DNA from: Octopus bimaculoides
Taxonomy: Eukaryota
Assembly: GCF_001194135.2 (NCBI RefSeq)
Contig: NC_068987.1
Location: 26,619,033-26,682,779 of the forward strand
Length of the DNA stretch: 63,747 bases
Reading direction: 5' to 3'
The notes under the pieces were generated by a model. It saw nothing but the letters and a program-made list of their open reading frames with translations, was not told the origin of the DNA and did no database searches. The stretch's first letter is position 1. The number at the start of each line of letters is the position of its first letter. Shown here in pieces: positions 24,105 to 37,839 of the stretch. The position numbers were made by a program, and so were the translations under genes.

Positions 24105-25795
24105 CAGAATCGGCGGAGGAGGAGAATGAAGCAACCAACTCGGTTAATAGATACTGAGAGAGCCCAAAGACATCTTAAAACGAAGGGAGGAATATTTCAA
24201 TGAACGTCTGACGTATTGATACGATTCCAGAGAATGCACCCATTGAGTATTTGGAAGACACCCCGTCAGTGGGGGAAACAATAAAAGCTGTATCAAAGAT
24301 GAACAATGGCAAAGCACCGAGAGTTGATAGTCTGAATGTAGAACTATTTAAGTATGCGGAGTACTACTTGCTAGAAATGCTGACAGCAGTAATATAGAAG
24401 ATATGTAAAACTGAAGTTATGCCAAAAGACTATAAGGACGCAGTCATAGAAGTTGTGTTCAAGGGTAACGGACAAAAAGATGAATGCAATAATTTTCGTG
24501 GTAATTGCCTGATTGATACAGCCGGCAAAGTTTTATCACGAATAATACTGGACCAGCTGCAGATATATGTGGGTAACGAAATTCTTCCTGAATCACAGAG
24601 TGGATTCAGAAATGGTAGGAGTTCTGTGGATATGATCTTCTCTACACAGGAGTTACAGTAAAAAAAATATGTAGAACAGACTATAGGACTTTATCATGTA
24701 TTCATTGATCTTACTAAGGCTTTTAACTCTGTCAGTCGAACTGCCTTGCGGGAGATCTTGAGGAGACTTAGATGCCCAGTAAAGTTTCTCACTATTCTGA
24801 AGCAGTTTCATGATGACAAGGAAGTAAGGATCAACATTGGTGGAAATCTCTCAGAGCCTATCTCTGTCATGAATGGAGTAGAACAAGGTGACATACTAGC
24901 ACCCACTCTCTTCACCCTCTCTCTCTATATATATATCAGATATAACATAACAGGAAAAATCTCTAACACCAGAAGACAGTCAACTAAGTCAAGGAATCCT
25001 CAACTCTTATTAGAGACCTCCTCTATGCAGATGATTGTGATATTGTCACTCATAGTGAGGAGGACATGCAAAATCTTATGGATGCAATTTCAATGCTTCT
25101 GAGGCACTTGGCTTAACTATAAATCTAACCAAAACTGTTGTCATGTTTCAGCCAGCACCAGGAAATACCATACATAGAAGCTGATATCTTCATGTATGGA
25201 AGAAAACTTGCCGTGGTTTCTAAGTTTGTTTACTTAAGGAGCACACTAAACACATCAGCGAATCTTGATGATGAAGTGTCATTACGCATTCAGAAAGCCA
25301 GTCTTGCTTTTGGCAAACTGGCTTTCCTACTACAGCACAGATTGAGATGGAGTGGACACTTAGTCAGAATGACAGAAAACAGAATTTTCCACAAACTAAA
25401 AGATGCGGCACAACGATTGTCTGAAGTCGGGATTGAATAAGATAAATGTTCCAATTGACAAGGGGGAATCTTTAGCATATTGCTGGCAAAAATGCAAAGC
25501 AAGTTGTGTATGACAGCAAAAATGAATTTCAAAGGAAGAGAGTGGAGCATGCAAAGATCAAAAGAAGGATGAGAAAAAGTGACTGGAATCATGTTCTAAT
25601 AAACATTAATGAACATGATGATCGTAAGTGGAAAGATTAGGTAAGGCTGGGCTAAAGAGCCATATGAAATCACACATTGCACAACCGCACATTGATTATA
25701 GCTGGACAGATGATTTCGAATGCATACTCTGTCATAAAGTATGCAGATAAAAAAGTGGCTTGAAAAGGCATGATAAAGTTCATGGAGCTGTAAAC
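24105..25795 (+). mobile_element. Decayed RTE-clade (BovB-like) LINE: RT domain and C-terminal C2H2 finger
   Basis: ILKRREEYFNE, NGKAP, CNNFRG, LPESQSGFRNGRSSVDMIFS, FIDLTKAF, GVEQGDILAPTLF, FVYLRS, RLRWSGHLVRM and FECILCHKVCR*KSGLKRHDKVH, with many stops and frameshifts. Confidence 0.9.
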
Positions 25796-25949
25796 TATAG
25801 AATCACCAAGTTTTCTTGCACTAATTATGAAAATGCATGCAAGTCTTTGGCAGGCCTGTAAAGCCATATTCGTGCAGCTCATCAATGATATTCTTGGGCA
25901 TAAAGGAGTCATGCAATGGCTCTATTCGAAATCGAGTTGGCAACCATCA

Positions 25950-25997
25950 TGTATGTATGTATGTATGTATGTATGTATGTATGTATGTATGTATGCG

Positions 25998-26081
<84 letters not shown>

Positions 26082-26100
26082 ACTATCTATCTGTCTATTT
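25950..26100. repeat. (TATG)n/(TATC)n microsatellite
   Basis: Seen directly in sequence. Confidence 0.95.
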
Positions 26101-28369
26101 ATCTATTTTGGTATGTACTTCTATATCCATACACCTCTTATGCATCCTTAATGTCTTATATCTTTAAGGTTGTACGTTAAAGAGCCTATTTAAGAAAATC
26201 CAACATCCTTATGACTCTTGTAACCTATTACCTTTTATTCTATTTGATTTTGTTTTAGTTTATTTTATTTACTTTTATCTCCTTCCTTTACCGTTCCTGA
26301 CCTCTCCTTCATACGGTGTTATCCGGTTATTATACTATGCTCCTACCATGTTGCCTGAGATACAACAATACACACACAAACAGACACACAAACACACACA
26401 CATACACACACACACTCACACACACTCTCACATGCGTGCACACATACACGTATCTGTATGAAAGTGTGTGTGTATACACATTTGTATTTAGAACAAGATA
26501 AACTAGTGATTACATGTAGTAAATTGTTTTTCTTTGTCTTTCTTTAAAGCTTTCATTCGTTGATGTATTGGGACAATGGTTTGCTGTTTATTTGATATTT
26601 CAAATTTATATTATTTTTGCATTCATTCGATTATGTCTAAGTCACTATATTAATAAAAATACTTATAAGTATTTTGTTACATACAAATACACAAATGTAC
26701 ATGCATAAATTTGTGCGTATGTGTATGTAATGTGTATGTAACAATGAAACAAAATACTTGCAAATATTTTTAGTAATGTAGTGACTTAGATATAATCGAA
26801 TAATGACAAAAAGATTTCTTTTATCATCAAATTTATAAAATGATACAACATTTTTAGAACATATTGAGAGCGAACATTAACTAAATATGATGTATTCTAC
26901 TACGGTTACATTGTTTAATCAATATTTTGTTAACATATACAAAGAAAAAGAACTTGATTGATCTTAGAAAGTTTGTATTGTCCTACGCTCATTGAATGCT
27001 TACAAAAATACCGTAACATTATTATTACAGATAATTGCATAATCACTGACTTCATATTTGGGTAAATTCTAAGAGACACATTCCTTGCTATTTAGTCAAA
27101 CAAATGATGCCATCTTATGAAAATAGAAGGTAGCAGGAAGGACAACCGGTGAGTCATCATCTAAAATTGCTTTAATGTCAGAAAGCGAGAGCTACAAAAT
27201 GCAAAAGAACTGCAAAATTTAACCTCTCCTTGTCTAACTTCTAATCCACTGTGTAAGTAAACATCATTACTCAAAGCAGGTACAAGAAACGGAAATCAAA
27301 ATACACAACGAAGAGGAAAATAAAATAAAAAATGTCTTAATTCATCCAAAGATGAAATTAGTAATTACTCAAGCATCGAATTTTTGAAAGTGAAGATATA
27401 TTTGTATTGTTGTAATGTTGTCTCTACACGCTACACTGTACTCTTTCTTTCTTTCTTTGTAAACCTATATGCAAAAATAGCAAATTGCTTATGAGTAAGT
27501 TTGCATAGTAAGTTTCTGTAAAACGGGATTACGAATTAGTTTTCAATGTTTCTTGGCGAGATCAATACAATTTTATATGCAAATAAAGTAATATTTAGGT
27601 TAACCATCGCATTATAAAATATTTTGGACACGAAATTTCAGTTCATAAAGCTTGGTACATAGTTAGTAAAAGAATCACTTAAAACATTTAAAGTACATTT
27701 AAAAGAACATTCATTAGAACGAATGCACCATTCATTAGGAAAAATTCAAAACAAATTTTCTTCTAGTTTAATTACTAAGATAGGTTCATTTGTTTTCACA
27801 CGTTGTCGCTTGACAACTGCTTTCGCATATTACTCTTAGTATTTCCCATCGTAATTTCTTTCCCTTCACAACTGTGAATTTCACTTCGGCTGTTGCAAAA
27901 GGAAGGTCAACATACGAAGAATGCATAATTTCCAGAAATTGAAACTCCCCTACAGGACGAAAAACAGACATAATAAATTGCCTAAATTAACAACCAAAGA
28001 ACAGCGAATAATCCCACGTAAAAACCACTGTCCTAGAAGTAGAAGGCGAACTACCATGAAATGAAAAAATAATAGCCTAATGAATGCAGATGGCAATACG
28101 ATAAGTAAAATACTGAAGAACACTTCCAAAATGTTTACACTTTCTTCATGAGACTCATCGCGACTTATAATCCATTTGGGATCCTATATGAAGCTTTACA
28201 TATGTAATCGATAAAAATAGAGGAAATCTGCACAAAAGATGAATATTTACGCATACACTTTCATACATATATAGATACATACAAATATGCGTGAGTACAG
28301 CTGTACATATATTTATCTACATGTGTATGCATACTTATAACATTATTTATGTATATATATATATATATA

Positions 28370-28577
28370 CTCTTTTACTTGTTTCAGTCATTTGACTGTG
28401 GCCATGCTGCAGCACCGCCTTTAATCGGGCAAATCGACACCCAGGACTTATTCTTTGGAAGCCTTGTACTTATTCTATCGGTCTCTTTTGCCGAACCACT
28501 AATTTACGGGGACGTAAACACACCAGCATCGGATGTCAAGCGATGTTGGGGGGACAAATACAGACACACAAACATAT

Positions 28578-28608
<31 letters not shown>
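28370..28608 (-). mobile_element. SINE family A, 3' half (head lost in or beyond the gap)
   Basis: tcttttacttgtttcagtcatttgactg.ggccatgctg.agcacc is nearly identical to 1177-1230. Confidence 0.75.
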
Positions 28609-29457
28609 NNNNNNNNNNNNNNNNNNNNNNNNNNNNNNNNNNNNNNNNNNNNNNNNNNNNNNNNNNNNNNNNNNNNNNNNNNNNNNNNNNNNNNNNNNNN
28701 NNNNNNNNNNNNNNNNNNNNNNNNNNNNNNNNNNNNNNNNNNNNNNNNNNNNNNNNNNNNNNNNNNNNNNNNNNNNNNNNNNNNNNNNNNNNNNNNNNNN
28801 NNNNNNNNNNNNNNNNNNNNNNNNNNNNNNNNNNNNNNNNNNNNNNNNNNNNNNNNNNNNNNNNNNNNNNNNNNNNNNNNNNNNNNNNNNNNNNNNNNNN
28901 NNNNNNNNNNNNNNNNNNNNNNNNNNNNNNNNNNNNNNNNNNNNNNNNNNNNNNNNNNNNNNNNNNNNNNNNNNNNNNNNNNNNNNNNNNNNNNNNNNNN
29001 NNNNNNNNNNNNNNNNNNNNNNNNNNNNNNNNNNNNNNNNNNNNNNNNNNNNNNNNNNNNNNNNNNNNNNNNNNNNNNNNNNNNNNNNNNNNNNNNNNNN
29101 NNNNNNNNNNNNNNNNNNNNNNNNNNNNNNNNNNNNNNNNNNNNNNNNNNNNNNNNNNNNNNNNNNNNNNNNNNNNNNNNNNNNNNNNNNNNNNNNNNNN
29201 NNNNNNNNNNNNNNNNNNNNNNNNNNNNNNNNNNNNNNNNNNNNNNNNNNNNNNNNNNNNNNNNNNNNNNNNNNATATATATGTATACATATATATATAT
29301 ACGTTTATATACATACAGATTTGTATGTTTTGTTTCGTGTATGTTCTCTTATGAATATATAATACTTGCATATCTAGACAAGCTGATATATACTTAAATG
29401 ATAATATATGCATGTATACACACACACACACGCACACACACACACACACACATACAC

Positions 29458-29488
<31 letters not shown>

Positions 29489-29496
29489 TGTGTGTG

Positions 29497-29532
<36 letters not shown>

Positions 29533-30162
29533 TGCATGTGTATTTGTGTGTATGTACGCATGTATGTATGTATGTATGCATGAAATATTCAATCTGAAAT
29601 CATTTGATTTTAGGATTGGCAATTTGTGGGTATGTTTATACGGACGTCAAATTAAAATCTATGTTGTTTTGAATCCGTTTTTCTCGTAATGTTAGAAATA
29701 TTTTAGATATTATTCATACACATGTTCTTCGCTGATATATATGTTGCTGTGCAATACATTCAGAACTAGCTCATTACGAAGCACCGTAAGCATCTGGTTC
29801 AAAAAACGGTATCCACTTCATTTTGCATGATATCCTAATGACATTTTGTTATTTGATCCCACTTCAGCCCTTACCCTCCAATCCGTGTGGGATTGTACAG
29901 CAGTTATCTGCGCTCATTTTCATATTGACTGTTAGTAGTAGGTAGTATATCATGCCAGAACCTGTCATATGTTTAGTGGTTTACTCATTGCGGCACACGA
30001 CTGTTTCTACTGCATTTTCCTTGATACGCGCACATGCGCAACTACATCGTGTTATTCAGCAAAATTATTATTTCCAATGAGTGTTTCAGAGGGATTTTCA
30101 TTATATATGAGTAGGGTTTGTGTACATACATACATGCATACATGCATACATGCATACAAATA

Positions 30163-30197
<35 letters not shown>

Positions 30198-30953
30198 NNN
30201 NNNNNNNNNNNNNNNNNNNNNNNNNNNNNNNNNNNNNNNNNNNNNNNNNNNNNNNNNNNNNNNNNNNNNNNNNNNNNNNNNNNNNNNNNNNNNNNNNNNN
30301 NNNNNNNNNNNNNNNNNNNNNNNNNNNNNNNNNNNNNNNNNNNNNNNNNNNNNNNNNNNNNNNNNNNNNNNNNNNNNNNNNNNNNNNNNNNNNNNNNNNN
30401 NNNNNNNNNNNNNNNNNNNNNNNNNNNNNNNNNNNNNNNNNNNNNNNNNNNNNNNNNNNNNNNNNNNNNNNNNNNNNNNNNNNNNNNNNNNNNNNNNNNN
30501 NNNNNNNNNNNNNNNNNNNNNNNNNNNNNNNNNNNNNNNNNNNNNNNNNNNNNNNNNNNNNNNNNNNNNNNNNNNNNNNNNNNNNNNNNNNNNNNNNNNN
30601 NNNNNNNNNNNNNNNNNNNNNNNNNNNNNNNNNNNNNNNNNNNNNNNNAAGCAGTGACGGAAAATAAACTAGAGACCAGCTGAAATATGTCTTAGAGCTA
30701 TTTGGACCTGTAATTGCTTTTCAATGCTGTTTGCCGCAGTGAAACAATCGCGTCTAAGACAGAAAGGTGCTTGAACATCGAATTCACCACACCAGGCTCT
30801 TTACTGCTATTCGAACACCTTAGTTCTCTTTAGCACTAAGTACCAAGAGAAGCAACACCAATGTGACTAGATACTGAAGCTTTCTTTATCGAAAATCAGT
30901 CAATAATGTATTCCCTCTCTCCTCTCCCTCTTTCCTACTCCCGCTTTCTCTTC

Positions 30954-31051
<98 letters not shown>
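30954..31051. repeat. (ATCT)n microsatellite
   Basis: Seen directly in sequence. Confidence 0.95.
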
Positions 31052-31437
31052 GTGTGCTGCTTCTTGAGATAGGAATCTCAAAATCAAGCGTCCATTGCAA
31101 TTTGATGTCCTGCCAATTTCCAAAAATAGTCCATAATCTTCAATGGAGAAAATCAGAGTAAAGAGAGGAGTTTTGCGTGTGTATGTGGTAAGATTTTTAT
31201 GAGATGCACACTTTCTAACAAAGACTGTTCGCTGTGACGCGGCTGCATTAAAATTAAATGGGTCTGTTATTCGCCAAATATTGCACCTGTTGAGGTAGTG
31301 AGAATATACACATCACAAAGAAACATCATTTTAATGTACCAGGAATTAGAATACAGTGCCGATTATCATCAAAACGATTATTTGGACCGTTTTTGTTTGA
31401 CGGTTATCGAGTTGTTGCAGACAATTTCAACATTATT

Positions 31438-31584
31438 ATCGTTAGCACGCCTAGTAAAATGCCTAGCGGCATTCCGTCACTCTTTTGCGCTCTGAGTATA
31501 AATTCTGCCGGTGTTGACGTTGCCTTTCGTCCCTCTCGCTGTTTGATAGAATAAGTACCACTTGTGAGCTGGAGTCTATGTAAT
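31438..31584 (+). mobile_element. SINE family B copy (diverged)
   Basis: atcgttagcacgcc..aaatgcctagcggcatt..ctgagt..aaattctgcc..gttgac.ttgccttt..gata.aataagtacca, collinear with 53985-54202. Confidence 0.6.
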
Positions 31585-31965
31585 ATTAAAATGCACAATT
31601 ATTCATCAGCATTAGTTATTTATTAAAAATAGTCAAATTCCTTGAATTGCATCATATACATATATGATACTCAACATGTAAAGAAACAATGAGGTGATGC
31701 TGCGTGTAAATACATAACTATATCACGTGCTCTACATAAGATGCTTGAATTGGTAAATGAATAATGATTGTTTTTAAACCACTCGAATCTCAATATCTAA
31801 CCGTATTTTCTATGCGTGTATAAACAATTTTGCTTCTTTATTGTCATACTGGTTTCTTGATATAACTGCTTGAAAAATCGGCAGCAAAAACTTAGATAAA
31901 CCATTCAAGAATCCTCAGTTTCAAGCAAACAAATTATGTGAACTCTAGTTATTCAGTACGTTTAT

Positions 31966-32007
<42 letters not shown>

Positions 32008-33648
32008 NNNNNNNNNNNNNNNNNNNNNNNNNNNNNNNNNNNNNNNNNNNNNNNNNNNNNNNNNNNNNNNNNNNNNNNNNNNNNNNNNNNNNNNNNNNNN
32101 NNNNNNNNNNNNNNNNNNNNNNNNNNNNNNNNNNNNNNNNNNNNNNNNNNNNNNNNNNNNNNNNNNNNNNNNNNNNNNNNNNNNNNNNNNNNNNNNNNNN
32201 NNNNNNNNNNNNNNNNNNNNNNNNNNNNNNNNNNNNNNNNNNNNNNNNNNNNNNNNNNNNNNNNNNNNNNNNNNNNNNNNNNNNNNNNNNNNNNNNNNNN
32301 NNNNNNNNNNNNNNNNNNNNNNNNNNNNNNNNNNNNNNNNNNNNNNNNNNNNNNNNNNNNNNNNNNNNNNNNNNNNNNNNNNNNNNNNNNNNNNNNNNNN
32401 NNNNNNNNNNNATATATAAGGACGAATCTACATTCAAACTTTTTTACACCTATGTTACTATATATATGTATAGATGCATACGCGCACACATAGACATATA
32501 CACACACATACGCACATATTTACATGCCATGTACATACAATATATGCACAGTAAACATTTTAATGAATGCACATATAAATTTGCACACGTAAATACCGAA
32601 ATAGAAACGAATACGCACAAACGCGTGTGCACACAAACCTTCTCTACCTTTCTCTCTCTCTCTTCATCTCTCACAAACACACATATATATATATATGTAT
32701 CTATGTTTTAGTGACGCAAAAGTGCTAAGAAATTAGAAGTATCTGCGAAACGTGAAACGGATAAGAATATCGAAAAAAGAATATCAAAGGTATGATAAAT
32801 AAAAAGCCGCGATAGCTGAAACATGCACACACAGAAAAAATACATTTGTAGACAGAAGTAAAACAGAGACCCACACCGACACAGTTCATGCATTTACAAA
32901 CAAGAGGAATAAAGAAAATATATGTGCGAAACAAACTTGCTGATAGAATATTTTCCCCTCAGATGGGTTCTGACACTGTTTCAAAGCAAGTGGTTTTAGT
33001 GTGTGGTTACGATGGTGATGTGTATTTTCAGAAAAAGAATCTTTGTATACAATATATTTCTTTATCGAACATGACTTTCGTGGTGCATAAATGTCTTGTG
33101 CTGTTACCTTGGTATTTCTTCATATATGACGAAGAGTAAGAAAAATTTCTATTTGAGGAAATGGTATTTACTGCAATAAATTGACAACTATCACGAGCGA
33201 AATACCTGCGTATGCAATAACAGCCTCCAACATATATGTCATCGAGAGTGTAAGTAAACCAATGGTGGAAAAGGTTGTGAAATTTAGGGCTTTTATGGAT
33301 TTTAGGGCTTTTACCTTTTATGTAATAAGGATTCATTGCAGTGACATGAAGCAAATTTTTGTAAGGAAATGGTGTATTGGAATGGTTAGAACCAGTATGG
33401 TACAGGTTTTAAATTCGTTAATCAAAGACAGCGATCGAGTTCATTTGACATGGGGTTTGAAATCATGGTCCAGCAGAATGGAATCAATTAAAGTAATTAA
33501 TCTGGAGGTTTGCTTTATCTGGTATATATATTTATTATATTATACATAATAACAATGGTCAAACGTTTGAATGTGAATGTGATTATTTTGGGACTATTAA
33601 TGACACTTAAAAATATTAAAAAAAACATTTTGATATTTATACGTACAA

Positions 33649-33847
33649 AGGCAGTGAACTAGGAGAGTCGTTGGCACGCCGGGCGAAATCCATCCATCTT
33701 TATGTTCTACGATCAAATTTTCCCACGGTCGACTTTGCGTTTTATCTTTCCGGAGGTACCAGTTGATAAAATAAGTACCATTTGATAACTACGCAATCTA
33801 TTTACCCTCTCCCACCAAATGGCTTTGTGCCAAGATTTGAAATCAAT
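33649..33847 (+). mobile_element. SINE family B copy
   Basis: Head aggcagtgaact..gtcgttggcacgccgggcgaaat, central gtcgactttgc..gataaaataagtacca, tail ggctttgtgccaagatttgaaatcaat. Confidence 0.65.
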
Positions 33848-34428
33848 GTTTATACATACAAAGGCGTCGACCTGTCAGAATCGTTATCATTTCACCGACA
33901 TTGCTAAATCTGTTAGAAAAGTATAATATATAATTTTTCTTTCATTTGCTGGGCCTGGATGAAGATGTAGCATACGTTGCCTTCGAGCGTCACCTGAGTC
34001 CGGTGAGATTGATTCTGTTATGGTTAATCTTGGAACCATATTAAAGCCTGGAAAAAGAAAAAAAGAAAAAAAACAGGGACAATGAAGCAATCTCGGAAGG
34101 CTGAAGATTCTGTGCTGAAGATTAGTGTAGAGAGGAGCAGTAATTACTTTTGCTTAAATACGGGAGCCTCGTAACTTATCAAAAGAACGAAAAGAAATTA
34201 ACTAGTCTTGTTTTCTTCATTATTTAGTAACACTAAAACGATTTCATATGTTTGAGAAGTTATTTTGAACATCATTGCAGTCATTTTACTGCAAAAAGTT
34301 CATAATTGATGTCAAGTTTTCTCTGTTTTAAAGTAGAACGACATTCGAAAGCAATATAAACAACCCTTTCATCCAGGGCCAGCAAGTGAAAAAGAAGATC
34401 ATATACAGTACTGCGCATGACTTTTTAA

Positions 34429-34626
34429 GCAGAGTTATCAGTCGAGGCTTACAGTCATTTCCTCCCTCTTTTACTCTATGAGTTCAAATTCTGCCGGGGT
34501 CGGCTTTGCCTGTCACCCCATTCGACGACGGATAAAATGAGTATAAGTTGTGTTTTGGGGTTGAGTTAATCGACTTACACCCTCAACCCTAAAATTGCTG
34601 GCCTTGTGCCCAAATTTGAAACCAGT
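34429..34626 (+). mobile_element. SINE family B copy 1 of a head-to-tail triplet
   Basis: gagttcaaattctgccggggtcggctttgcc..gataaaatgagta..ggccttgtgcccaaatttgaaacca. Confidence 0.6.
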
Positions 34627-34644
34627 TTTTTATGCATATAGAAA

Positions 34645-34861
34645 AACGGTGAAATGGCAGAATCGTTAGCAGTCGGGCAAGATGCTAAGCGGCATTTCGT
34701 CCGTCTTTACTTTCTTAGTTTCATTCCCGCCGAGGTCGATGTTTTATTTCACCCCTTCCAGAGTTCGCTAAAGTAAATCACAATTGAGCACTGAGAGTCG
34801 ATGTACCTGACTTAGCTTCTTCAGCGAACTTGCTGGCCTTGTGCCAAAAGCTAACATCAAT
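34645..34861 (+). mobile_element. SINE family B copy 2 of a head-to-tail triplet
   Basis: tggcagaatcgttagc..atgctaagcggcatttcgtccgtcttta..cgccgaggtcga..ggccttgtgccaaaa. Confidence 0.65.
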
Positions 34862-34877
34862 ATTTACAAGTACATCC

Positions 34878-35075
34878 AAGCTCACAGAATCGCTACCTGG
34901 ACGGGCAGAATGCTTAACTGCATTTCGTTCGTCTTTATGATGAGTTCAAATTCCTCTGTAATCCACTTTGCCTCTCATCTTTTTGGAGTAGATGAAATAA
35001 GTAACAATTGAGCAATCGACATATAACCCCTCCCCTGTATATGCTGGCTTTGTGCCAACATTTGAAACCAATATT
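34878..35075 (+). mobile_element. SINE family B copy 3 of a head-to-tail triplet
   Basis: cagaatcgct..gggcagaatgctta..gagttcaaattcc..ctttgcc..aaataagta..ggctttgtgccaacatttgaaaccaat. Confidence 0.6.
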
Positions 35076-35174
35076 AAGACTCTTTTGATGTCTAACACTG
35101 ATGATAGATATTTCGAAAAAGTATAATCGTATTAATATTATTGATTATTAACATTGGCCCAAGGAATAATCAAA

Positions 35175-35270
35175 TCGAATCAAATACTTGACCGTTACTT
35201 TTTTTTTTATCGCTCTGGGAAGGTTATAAACAAAGTCTACTGCAACGGTCTTTGAGTTGCGTACAGTAAG
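35175..35270 (-). mobile_element. Diverged SINE family B fragment, inverted relative to the triplet
   Basis: ttttttatcgctctgggaagg...caaagtctact.c.acgg..tttgag matches the reverse complement of the family B central block. Confidence 0.4.
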
Positions 35271-36588
35271 CGTACGTAACTAAACACCCCTCAGCAGTTT
35301 GTCTGTGCCTTTACCATTTCTGAACTTAACAGTTCTTGTACATCAAAGTATGAGTGGTCACTGAAAGAGTAGAATTCGTGGAGGGCAATGATGGCTTTTG
35401 TCGGTAGATAGGAAATAAAGACAGTTCACAAAGTGGAAGAAAATTATTGCGCCGTGGGGCAACATGGTACGATAATTTATGCAACTTTGTGAAGTTATAT
35501 TAGTAGTAAGGCAACTCAGCAGCAAGACGTATTTTCAACAGAAGCTAAATCAATATTTTAAATACTAGTTTAATATATATATACAAAACTTAATATATCA
35601 CTTATATTTCTTTCTTTCTTTTTTCTTTTTGGTGCAACATGAATGCAACGACATTCGAAATAACTTCTCAAACGTGTAAAATCGTTTTTCTGTCGCTAAA
35701 TAACGATGAAAACGAAGCTAGTTTATTTATTTACTTATTTATTTATTTGATAGGTTATAAGGTTCCCATGTTTTAGTGAAAGTAATTACTGCTCTTCTCA
35801 ACACTAACTATTACACTCAATACATTAGCAAAGGAGATTTGGCCTTCTGAAATTGCTTCATTGTTCATATTTTATTTTTAATATTATTCGCCTTTTCCAG
35901 TCTTTAACGTTTAACAGTCCAAGCAGAATCATAACGGAACCAGACTCACAGACATTCGATGGTAATGCGTACTGAGTCAGTCTTCATCGAGGCGCAGCAA
36001 GTGAAAAAGAAAAACATACTGTGCTTCGCATGACTTTTGTAACTGATGTAGCTGTGTAGGTGAAATGCAATGATTTAAGCCAGGGATTAAACTGTCCAAA
36101 ATTTAATCATATATCTAATCAAATCTAATGAAATATTCAGATTTCATATCACATGGGGAATTTTGAAAAGGAAACACCACGTCAGGTGAAAATAAGACAT
36201 GTTGACGATCATTAAAAAAGAAAAAAATAGAAAAAAATATTTGTTGATAAAAACTATTTTATATTGAATTTCCAGAAACCTAGATTAGTCATGGGAAGTG
36301 TTATTAATAGCGATATCAAAACACAAAAACGTAACACATTCTAGATGGAGGAAAAAAATATATTGATACAAGCTGTGAAATGTTTCAAATCCAGTGATAA
36401 CGGCTTTATCTTTAACGCAATATCATTGCTGTGATTCCTGGATACCATAAAGTGGCAATAAAAAAATACTACTAAAAAAGATTGAATGCAGATGATACGA
36501 CCGACAACTTCTAGAAACTTTGGTGAATTTAAAGGTGTTATTGTTCGTTCGAAACAAATTATAACAGTCGAACAAAATATGTTCGATA

Positions 36589-36677
<89 letters not shown>

Positions 36678-36700
36678 ACACACACACACACATATATTTA

Positions 36701-37839
36701 TACGCGATGTTCCAAAACATGTATACGCATTTTAAATAATTGTAAATTAGATGTTTATTAAAATACATTTCATTTTCAAAATTTTATAGAATCTACACAC
36801 ATTACTTTATTGTTTTGTCAACGCCTGTTTTCAAACTGACGTTCGTTCTGGTGCAGGGACTGATGACAACACGAAGCAATGGAATCGCAAACATTACGAA
36901 ACAATGCGTTTGGTATTTGAGTGCATTGTCGTCCAAGAGAATCATGTTTGGCAAGATCTTATCAAGGAAGGATCTAATATCGCGATGGCAGTGTGGGGGT
37001 GACGCATCTTGCTGAAAAAGACAAATCCTCATCTTCAAAGTTTTCTATAATGCTGGCAAGATAGAATTTTGCAACAAGTTCAAGTAAACGGAACCAGTGA
37101 CGGAAGCGTCAAAAAAGAATGGTCCAATTAATCCTCTTGGTGATAAGCCGCACCACATTGTAACTCCAAGTAAATTAACATGTGGTTCCACCATAACATG
37201 CAAATTCTCAGGTCCCCAGTAGGTGCAAATGTCACTGTTGATTGAACCATTTAATTTTAATGCTGCCTCATCACTCCACACAATCTTTGTTGGAAGGTGA
37301 GCATCTTCTACACATCGTGCCAAGTACTACTCACAATGATGCACCCTTCACTCTGGATCATCGTCATTAACAGCATGGACTAATCTTAGCACGTAACTTT
37401 TCCATTGACAACGCTTCAAAATGTATTGGGCAGATGATTTTGAAATACCCATCTCACGACTCGCTTGCCGCACAGATTTTCTTGAACTTTGGTGATACGT
37501 TTCCAGGAATCCTTTTTGCTTTGTGGTGGTTGTCGTTGTTTGTGATATTCCGGAACGCTTCTCACAGACATTCTGAACAGTTCCATCGGTTTCAAACTTA
37601 TATCTAATTCGAGTGATAGTAAGTCGCGTTTCTGGATCTGTTTGAAATTTCCTCCTAAACTGTCCTTGCACTTGAACTGCGTTTTCACACTTCCAGCTGC
37701 ATTTTAGAATGAATTTCCTTTCTTCAAAGCTTAGTCTAATTGCCATCATGAAATCCAGTGGGTTTAATCTTGTAAAAATAAACATCAGTTGAGTTATCAG
37801 CTGCTAAATTGTGTATACATCTTTTTGGGATACCTTGTA
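36701..37839 (-). mobile_element. Tc1/mariner-superfamily deletion derivative with both TIRs and TA ends (DUF4817-type HTH; rosa/DD41D-like)
   Basis: Transposase pieces [15 protein letters not shown]..., [37 protein letters not shown] and a C-terminus ending ..RQFENRR*; the third-Asp region (WPPRSPDL) is missing. Degenerate TIRs TACGCGATGTTCCAAAACATGTATAC (36701-) and, as reverse complement, TACAAGGTATCCCAAAAAGATGTATAC (37839-). Confidence 0.85.

Noticed and set aside
33181-33549. 122-aa ORF (and overlapping 108-aa antisense ORF)
   Set aside because: TTG start, no recognisable domain, contains a local tttagggctttt duplication; no support for coding.
35098-35124. CTGATGA..CGAAA near a SINE cluster
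   Set aside because: Flanks cannot form stems I or III; probably chance in AT-rich DNA.
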